Below, in pieces: positions 58,792 through 64,000 of a DNA stretch of 64,000 bases. Under the pieces are notes generated by a model. The model saw only the letters and a program-made list of their open reading frames with translations. It was not told the origin of the DNA and did no database searches. The translations under genes and the position numbers were made by a program. The DNA comes from Acidimicrobiia bacterium (GTDB lineage: Bacteria > Actinomycetota > Acidimicrobiia > IMCC26256 > JAMXLJ01), in NCBI GenBank assembly GCA_035651955.1, contig DASRES010000046.1, positions 6,174-70,173 on the forward strand, read 5' to 3'. The stretch's first letter is position 1. Each line of letters opens with the position of its first letter.

Positions 58792-59321
58792 GCCATCTTG
58801 CGCAACCGCTCGACGCGCTCGTCGTCGGGGCCGAGGTAGCGGACGAGCACACCGACGACACGGTCGACATCGAGCGTTCCGACAGCCTGCATCTCGGCGA
58901 GATCACCCCAGTCGCGCGGCCGGTTGAAGAACGCCTTGAAGATCGCCAGGTCGGTGCACGAGAGGAACGGCAGGTCGACGCCCGCGAACGGCTCGCGTCG
59001 CACCCGTCCGGACGCCTGCTCGTGGAAGTCGGTGGTGTCGAGGAACAGGTCGACGGGTGTCGCCTCCCACCAGAGCCGGTGCTGGCCCTCACGGGTCAAC
59101 GCTTGGACGTCGCCGTCCGTGTGCGCGACGTCGGACGGCAGCGCGTCGAGAACGTCGCGCGCGTGCGACACGTCGACGAACACGTTCACGTCGATGTCGA
59201 CCGTCCCGCGCGCGCGCTCGGTGCACCACGCGAGCGCGAGCGCGCCCCCGAACGCGTGGGGGAGCGCGGCCGCGTCGAGCGCGCGATGGATCGCGACGAT
59301 CTTCTCGGGGAGGGTCGTCAC
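58788..59321 (-). CDS. minimal Pol-beta-fold nucleotidyltransferase (177 aa)
   Basis: GTG start overlapping the XRE stop. NTase signature FGGALALAWCTERARGTVDIDV and a downstream acidic PVDLFLD. Confidence 0.65.
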   Translation of the reverse strand: MTTLPEKIVAIHRALDAAALPHAFGGALALAWCTERARGTVDIDVNVFVDVSHARDVLDALPSDVAHTDGDVQALTREGQHRLWWEATPVDLFLDTTDFHEQASGRVRREPFAGVDLPFLSCTDLAIFKAFFNRPRDWGDLAEMQAVGTLDVDRVVGVLVRYLGPDDERVERLRKMA

Positions 59322-59641
59322 GCGCCCGGGAAGCGCGGGTAGCTCAGAACCGGCTCGTGGCGCGCCGGGAACATCGCGGCGAGCTCGAGCGCATCGACCA
59401 GCTCGCGCCCGCGGGCCGCGCGATCCACGCCCGCGACGCTCGGCCGCAGCTCGACCTCGGGCTCGAACCCGGCGGCGCGGGCGATGCGGGTGAGCGTCTC
59501 GACGCCCGGCTCCTTCGCACCCGTCTCGTAGGCCCGGAGCGTGGCGTGCGACGTCCCCGCCCGGCGGGCGAGCGCGCGCAGCGAGAGTCCGGCCCGGCGC
59601 CGGGCGGTCTTGATCGTCACGGCGGCGTCCACGCCGGCCAT
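59318..59641 (-). CDS. XRE-family helix-turn-helix protein
   Basis: 107 aa. IKTARRRAGLSLRALARRAGTSHATLRAYETGAKEPGVETLTRIARA. Confidence 0.75.
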   Translation of the reverse strand: MAGVDAAVTIKTARRRAGLSLRALARRAGTSHATLRAYETGAKEPGVETLTRIARAAGFEPEVELRPSVAGVDRAARGRELVDALELAAMFPARHEPVLSYPRFPGA

Positions 59642-59659
59642 GGTATCCGATCGGATACC
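59642..59659. promoter_or_regulatory. perfect 18-bp palindrome GGTATCCGATCGGATACC abutting the XRE start codon
   Basis: Read directly from the sequence. It lies between the carboxyltransferase stop (59662) and the XRE ATG (59641). Likely an operator. Confidence 0.6.
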
Positions 59660-59661
59660 GG

Positions 59662-61209
59662 TCACGGTCGCAGCCCCCGGGCCCGCCGCCCGGGCTCGCG
59701 CAGCGGCGCGGCGAGCTCGGCGAACTCGCACAACAGCGGACGCGTGTCACGCGGGTCGACGATCTCCTCGACGAGGAAGGCCTCGGCCGTGCGGAACGGC
59801 GAGCGCGACGCGTTCAGCCGTCGCTCGATGTCGGCGAGCATCGCGTCACGATCCTCCGCCGTGTCGAGCTGGGCCTTGTACGCAGCCTCGATGCCGCCCG
59901 CGAGCGGCAGGCTGCCCCAGTCGCCCGACGGCCACGCGAACCGGTACGAGAGCCGTGACGCGTTCTGGTGCGCGGCGCCCGCGACGCCGTACACCTTGCG
60001 CAGGATCACCGAGCACCACGGCACGGTCGCCTGGTGGATCGCGGCGAGCGCTCGCGCGCCGTGCCGGATCGTCGCGGCGCGCTCGGCTGCGGTCCCGATG
60101 ACGAAGCCGGGATTGTCGACGAGGTGGACGACCGGCAGGTGGAACGTGTCCGCGAGGTCGACGAAGCGCGTCACCTTCTGCGCGGCGTCGGCTGTCCACC
60201 CCGCCCCGTAGAAGTACGGGTCGCCGGCGAGCAGCGCTACGGGCCACCCGTCGAGTCGGGCGAGGCCCGTGATCGCCGAGCGCCCGTAGCCGCGCCCGAT
60301 CTCGAAGAACGAGCCGCGGTCGACGACCGACGCGATGATCTTTCGCGCGTCGTACACCTTGCGCGGGTCGCGCGGGATCGCGGACAGCAGCGACTCGTCG
60401 CGCCGGTCGTGCGCGTCGCCCACGTGCGACGCGCGTGACGCCACGTCGTACACCGACGACGGCAGGTACGACAGGAATCGGCGTGCGCGCGCGAACGCGT
60501 CGTCCTCGCTGTCCGCGACGTCGTCGACCACGCCGTTGCGACCGTGCACGTCGGCACCACCGAGTGTCTCCTTGTCGACGTCCTCACCGAGGCGCGCGAC
60601 CACCGGCGGGCCCGCGACGAACACCTGCGACGTGCCGCGGACCATGAGCGAGTAGTGGCTCGTGACGACGCGCGCCGCGCCGAGGCCCGCGACCGAACCG
60701 AGCGCCATCGCGACGACCGGAACGGTCGACAGGTTGTCGACGACCCACTCCCACCCCGGGTTGAACGGCACGTAGCTGCGCGACATCTGCTCGAGCGACT
60801 TCACCGACCCGCCGCCGCCCGAGCCGTCGACGAGGCGGACGATCGGCAGGCGCAACTCGTTCGCCATTCGCTCCGCGTGGACCTGCTTCTGGAAGATCGA
60901 CGCGTCCGCGGCGCCGCCGCGCACCGTGAAGTCGTCGCCGCCGACGACGACGGGCCGGCCGTCGATCCGCCCGCGTCCCATGACGAAGTTCGCGGCGGTC
61001 AGCTCGATGAGGCGTCCGTCTTCGTACGTCGCCTTGCCCGTGAGCGCGCCCACCTCGTGGAACGATCCCGGGTCGAGAAGGTGGTCGATGCGCTCGCGCA
61101 CCGTGAGCTTCCCGGCCGCGTGGTGCTTGGCGACCTTCTCCTCGCCGCCCATCTCGCGCACCATCGCCTCGCGCCGGCGCAGCTCGTCGAGCTCGGGCTC
61201 CCACGTCAC
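59662..61209 (-). CDS. acyl-CoA carboxylase carboxyltransferase (beta) subunit
   Basis: GTG start 7 nt after GGAGG. GKLTVRERI..LLD.GSF.E...VGGDDFTVRGG......GGGGS....AGPP. Confidence 0.9.
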   Translation of the reverse strand: MTWEPELDELRRREAMVREMGGEEKVAKHHAAGKLTVRERIDHLLDPGSFHEVGALTGKATYEDGRLIELTAANFVMGRGRIDGRPVVVGGDDFTVRGGAADASIFQKQVHAERMANELRLPIVRLVDGSGGGGSVKSLEQMSRSYVPFNPGWEWVVDNLSTVPVVAMALGSVAGLGAARVVTSHYSLMVRGTSQVFVAGPPVVARLGEDVDKETLGGADVHGRNGVVDDVADSEDDAFARARRFLSYLPSSVYDVASRASHVGDAHDRRDESLLSAIPRDPRKVYDARKIIASVVDRGSFFEIGRGYGRSAITGLARLDGWPVALLAGDPYFYGAGWTADAAQKVTRFVDLADTFHLPVVHLVDNPGFVIGTAAERAATIRHGARALAAIHQATVPWCSVILRKVYGVAGAAHQNASRLSYRFAWPSGDWGSLPLAGGIEAAYKAQLDTAEDRDAMLADIERRLNASRSPFRTAEAFLVEEIVDPRDTRPLLCEFAELAAPLREPGRRARGLRP

Positions 61210-61274
61210 GCGCTCACCTCCGTCGCCAGTGCGACATCGTGACGCACGAGCGCGCCGTGCCGCTCGCACCCGCG

Positions 61275-61318
61275 GTTGGTACACAACTCGCGGTCATGGG
61301 CGCGACTTGTGTACCAAC
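61275..61318. repeat. type-A palindromic element, copy 2
   Basis: gTTGGTACACAACTCGCG-gtcatggg-CGCGACTTGTGTACCAAc with one arm mismatch. Lies in the divergent region between the carboxyltransferase and the Zn-dehydrogenase. Confidence 0.75.
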
Positions 61319-61339
61319 GCGGCCGTGCGCGGCGGGCAG

Positions 61340-61357
61340 CTTGACCACGTGGTCGAG
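61340..61357. promoter_or_regulatory. near-palindrome CTTGACCACGTGGTCGAG ending 2 nt before the dehydrogenase ATG
   Basis: 19/23 identity, including the trailing GCGATG, to the 57617 site. Confidence 0.4.
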
Positions 61358-61359
61358 CG

Positions 61360-62442
61360 ATGGCCAAGCTCGCCCGCATGCTCGCCGCCGTCGCCCGCGA
61401 CCGGATCCTGCGCGTCGAGGACGTGCCCGAACCGCAGCCGGGCAGCGGCGATGCGCTCGTCGCCGTCCGCGCGTGCGGGATCTGCGGGTCCGACCTGCAC
61501 GCGCTGCAGCACGCCTCGAAGATGCGGGACATGTTCGAGGCGACCGGGCAGCCCAGCCCGTTCGACCCCTCGCGCGACTACGTGATGGGCCACGAGTACG
61601 CGGTCGAGATCGTGGAGCTCGGGCCCGACACCGACGGCGTACCGTCGAAGCCGGGTGACCTCGTCGTCTCGATGCCGATCGCGCTCGGTCCGACGGGCGT
61701 CGAGCCGATCGGGTACTCCAACCGCTACGGCGGCGGCTACGCCGAGCGGATGCTCGTCACTGCGGGGATGTGCCTCAAGGTCCCCACGGGCCTCGACGCG
61801 CGGCACGCCGCGCTCACCGAGCCGATGGCGGTCGGCCTGCACGCGGTGAACAAGTCGCGCGTGAAGCAGGGCGAGAGCGCGCTCGTGCTCGGGTGCGGCC
61901 CGATCGGCCTCGCCGTGATCGCGTCACTGCGCGCGAAGGGCATCGAGCCGATCGTGGCGGCCGACTACTCGCCACGCCGGCGCGCGCTCGCGGCACAGTT
62001 GGGCGCGCACGAGATCGTCGACCCGGCGACCGAACCGGCGATCGACGCGTGGCGGCGGGTCGACGGCGGCCGCCACCCGCTCGTCGTCTTCGAGGCGGTC
62101 GGCGTCCCCGGGATGCTCGAAGCGGCCATGCGCGACGCGCCGCCGCAGTCACGCGTGCTCGTCGTCGGTGTGTGCATGGAGCACGACCGCATCCACCCGA
62201 TGGTCGGCGTCGTGAAGGAGCTCGAGCTGCTGTTCGCGTTCGGCTACGACCCGCTCGAGTTCCAGGGCACGCTCGAGACGATCGCCGAGGGCAGGCTCGA
62301 CGTCGACCCGTTGATCACGGGGACGGTGGGCGTCGAGGGCGTGCCCGCCGCGTTCGACGCGCTCGCGGATCCCGAGGACCAGGTGAAGATCCTCGTCGAG
62401 CCGGGTGGCCCGTCGACGCCGGAGCCTGTCAGCCACGGGTGA
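61360..62442 (+). CDS. zinc-binding MDR alcohol dehydrogenase family protein
   Basis: CGICGSDLH...GHE...LVLGCGPIGLAVI. Confidence 0.85.
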   Translation: MAKLARMLAAVARDRILRVEDVPEPQPGSGDALVAVRACGICGSDLHALQHASKMRDMFEATGQPSPFDPSRDYVMGHEYAVEIVELGPDTDGVPSKPGDLVVSMPIALGPTGVEPIGYSNRYGGGYAERMLVTAGMCLKVPTGLDARHAALTEPMAVGLHAVNKSRVKQGESALVLGCGPIGLAVIASLRAKGIEPIVAADYSPRRRALAAQLGAHEIVDPATEPAIDAWRRVDGGRHPLVVFEAVGVPGMLEAAMRDAPPQSRVLVVGVCMEHDRIHPMVGVVKELELLFAFGYDPLEFQGTLETIAEGRLDVDPLITGTVGVEGVPAAFDALADPEDQVKILVEPGGPSTPEPVSHG

Positions 62443-62453
62443 ACCACGCGCCG

Positions 62454-62481
62454 TCGCCCGCCTGCTACAAACGGCGGGCGA
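62454..62481 (+). terminator. hairpin after the dehydrogenase gene
   Basis: 9-bp stem TCGCCCGCC / GGCGGGCGA with a 10-nt A/T-richer loop. It ends 3 nt before the next ATG. Confidence 0.4.
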
Positions 62482-62484
62482 ATC

Positions 62485-64000
62485 ATGGCCGACACGATCG
62501 AGAACCCGATCCTCAACTCCGCGTTCGCGGAGCCGCGTCGCCACTTCCGGTTCGCTGACGACGGGATCACGAACGAGATTGTCGACGAGCGACGTCCGAG
62601 CTCGTACTTCGTGCCCATCCCGGCCGCGAAGAGGCGGGGCGGCCAGCAGGCCTTCGAGACGGAGTGGACCAAGGACCGGATCGAGGAGAACGCGTTCATC
62701 AACCGCGTGCGCGGGCGCATCGCGCTCTGGCGACAGGGTGGCTACCAACACGTCACGACCACGACGCGACGATTGCTCGACCACTGGGCGGACGCGTCAC
62801 GCGATCGGCCGCTGTTCTTCTGCCAGGTCGAAGCACTCGAAACGGCGATCTACCTCACCGAGGCCGCCAACCGCATCGGCGACCAGTGGATCGCGAACGA
62901 GCTGCGCCGCTTCGCGGATGACGCCAACCCCGGCCTCTTCCGCGTGGCCCACAAGATGGCGACCGGAACCGGCAAGACCGTCGTCATGGCAATGCTCATC
63001 GCGTGGCACACGCTGAACAAGGCCGCGAACCCCCAAGACGCTCGCTTCACGGACGCGTTCCTCGTCGTCGCACCAGGGATCACCATTCGTGATCGGCTGC
63101 GCGTCCTGCTCCCCAGCGATCCGAACAACTACTACCGCGAACGCGAGCTCGTCCCGCCCGATCTCGTGGACGGCCTCGGGCGCGCGCAAGTCGTGGTCAC
63201 GAACTTCCACGCGTTCCAACCCCGTGAGACGACGGATGCGAAGGCGTCGAAGCTGACGAAGGAGGTTCTCGCCCCGGACGGTGCGAGCCCGTTCGTCGAA
63301 TCGCCCGCGCAGATGGTCCGTCGCGTGTGTCGGGAGCTCGGGAACAAGCGCGGCATCGTCGTGCTCAACGACGAAGCGCACCATTGCTATCGCCGACGAG
63401 CGACGAAGACCGCGGACGAGAAGCTGACGGCGGAAGAACGTCGCGAGGCGGACAAGCGCGAGAAGGCCGCTCGTGTGTGGATCGCCGGTATCGAGGCGGT
63501 CACAGCGAAGATGGGTGTGAAGACCGTCTACGACCTGTCCGCGACGCCGTTCTTTCTGCGCGGGTCCGGCTACTCGGAAGGGACGTTGTTCCCGTGGGTC
63601 GTGTCGGACTTCTCGCTAATCGACGCGATCGAGAGCGGCGTCGTCAAGGTGCCGCGTGTGCCGGTCAGCGACGATGCGATGACCGGAACCGGCGTCACGT
63701 TCCGTGATCTGTGGCCGCGCATTCGCGACGAGCTGCCGAAGAAGAGCCGCAAGGACGCCGCGGTCGGCGGCGGTCTCGAACCGAGACTGCCCGGGGAGCT
63801 CGAGACGGCGCTGCGGACGCTCTACGGCAACTACGCGAAGGCATTCCGGCGGTGGGAGGCGAGCGAGGCCCGGAAGCTCGGCGGCGCGACACCGCCCGTG
63901 TTCATCGTGGTGTGCAACAACACTGCGGTCTCGAAGCTGGTGTTCGACTGGCTGGCGGGCTGGGAGAAGACCCTTCCGGACGGCTCGACCGTCCTCGTCC
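62485..64000 (+). CDS. type III restriction Res-subunit-like DEAD/DEAH (SF2) helicase-nuclease, 3'-partial
   Basis: Not in the ORF track because there is no stop before the window end; translated by hand with no stop over 505 codons. MADTIENPILNSAFAEPRRHFRF..., Walker A KMATGTGKT, motif II LNDEAHH and YDLSATPF. Confidence 0.8.
   Translation, partial: MADTIENPILNSAFAEPRRHFRFADDGITNEIVDERRPSSYFVPIPAAKRRGGQQAFETEWTKDRIEENAFINRVRGRIALWRQGGYQHVTTTTRRLLDHWADASRDRPLFFCQVEALETAIYLTEAANRIGDQWIANELRRFADDANPGLFRVAHKMATGTGKTVVMAMLIAWHTLNKAANPQDARFTDAFLVVAPGITIRDRLRVLLPSDPNNYYRERELVPPDLVDGLGRAQVVVTNFHAFQPRETTDAKASKLTKEVLAPDGASPFVESPAQMVRRVCRELGNKRGIVVLNDEAHHCYRRRATKTADEKLTAEERREADKREKAARVWIAGIEAVTAKMGVKTVYDLSATPFFLRGSGYSEGTLFPWVVSDFSLIDAIESGVVKVPRVPVSDDAMTGTGVTFRDLWPRIRDELPKKSRKDAAVGGGLEPRLPGELETALRTLYGNYAKAFRRWEASEARKLGGATPPVFIVVCNNTAVSKLVFDWLAGWEKTLPDGSTVLV

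Noticed and set aside
58788-59321. Classifying the NTase as the MNT antitoxin of a HEPN/MNT type VII system
   Set aside because: No HEPN-domain (RxxxxH) ORF is adjacent. The partner genes are an XRE HTH and a GNAT remnant.

Overview
High-G+C actinobacterial-type chromosomal segment; hand counts of typical 60-nt lines give roughly 72-78% G+C. It is almost fully coding on both strands. I support about 60 protein genes and found no rRNA, tRNA or CRISPR array. Many long ORFs in the six-frame track are Arg/Ala/Pro-rich antisense or alternate-frame artefacts of the GC bias. Real genes were chosen by family motifs recognised by eye, start/RBS context and 4-nt start/stop overlaps; no database search was run. 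Content in order: (1) A decaying mobile patch at 1.0-4.2 kb, comprising a frameshifted DUF222/HNH gene, a small DDE_Tnp_4-type IS and a doubly frameshifted GNAT gene. (2) Metabolic and housekeeping genes: alpha/beta hydrolases, three LLM-class oxidoreductases, GH38 mannosidase, rpiB, rnhB, mca, WS/DGAT, an acyl-CoA carboxyltransferase and MDR dehydrogenases. (3) An imuA'-imuB-dnaE2 mutasome cassette with a perfect LexA box. (4) A PilZ gene next to a tightly coupled four-gene operon: MgtE-like channel, PhoU/TrkA_C regulator, NfeD protease and stomatin. (5) An acetyl node: Pat-like GNAT/NDP-forming acyl-CoA synthetase, a P-type ATPase, and ackA without pta sitting 4 nt behind a GAF histidine kinase that is head-to-head with its NarL-type regulator. 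(6) Envelope genes: CAP-domain lipoprotein, VanW, HtrA, an ABC-2 exporter, and a 915-aa membrane protein with a PI-PLC X-like domain. (7) A three-gene translationally coupled XRE-HTH / minimal nucleotidyltransferase / truncated-GNAT module with a perfect 18-bp palindrome at its start codon. (8) At the 3' edge, a lower-GC type III Res-like DEAD/DEAH helicase ORF that runs off the window and is absent from the supplied ORF track. Non-coding signals: two families of repeated palindromic elements (two copies each), a TTGACC-N4-GGTCAA motif at three oxidoreductase/lipid-gene promoters, a 65-bp tandem duplication abutting an adenylate cyclase start codon, and short GCGGATCG-core direct repeats. The candidates most worth follow-up are the XRE/NTase module, the truncated Res-like defence gene and the repeated operator-like motifs. 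None can be called a new system from this window alone.
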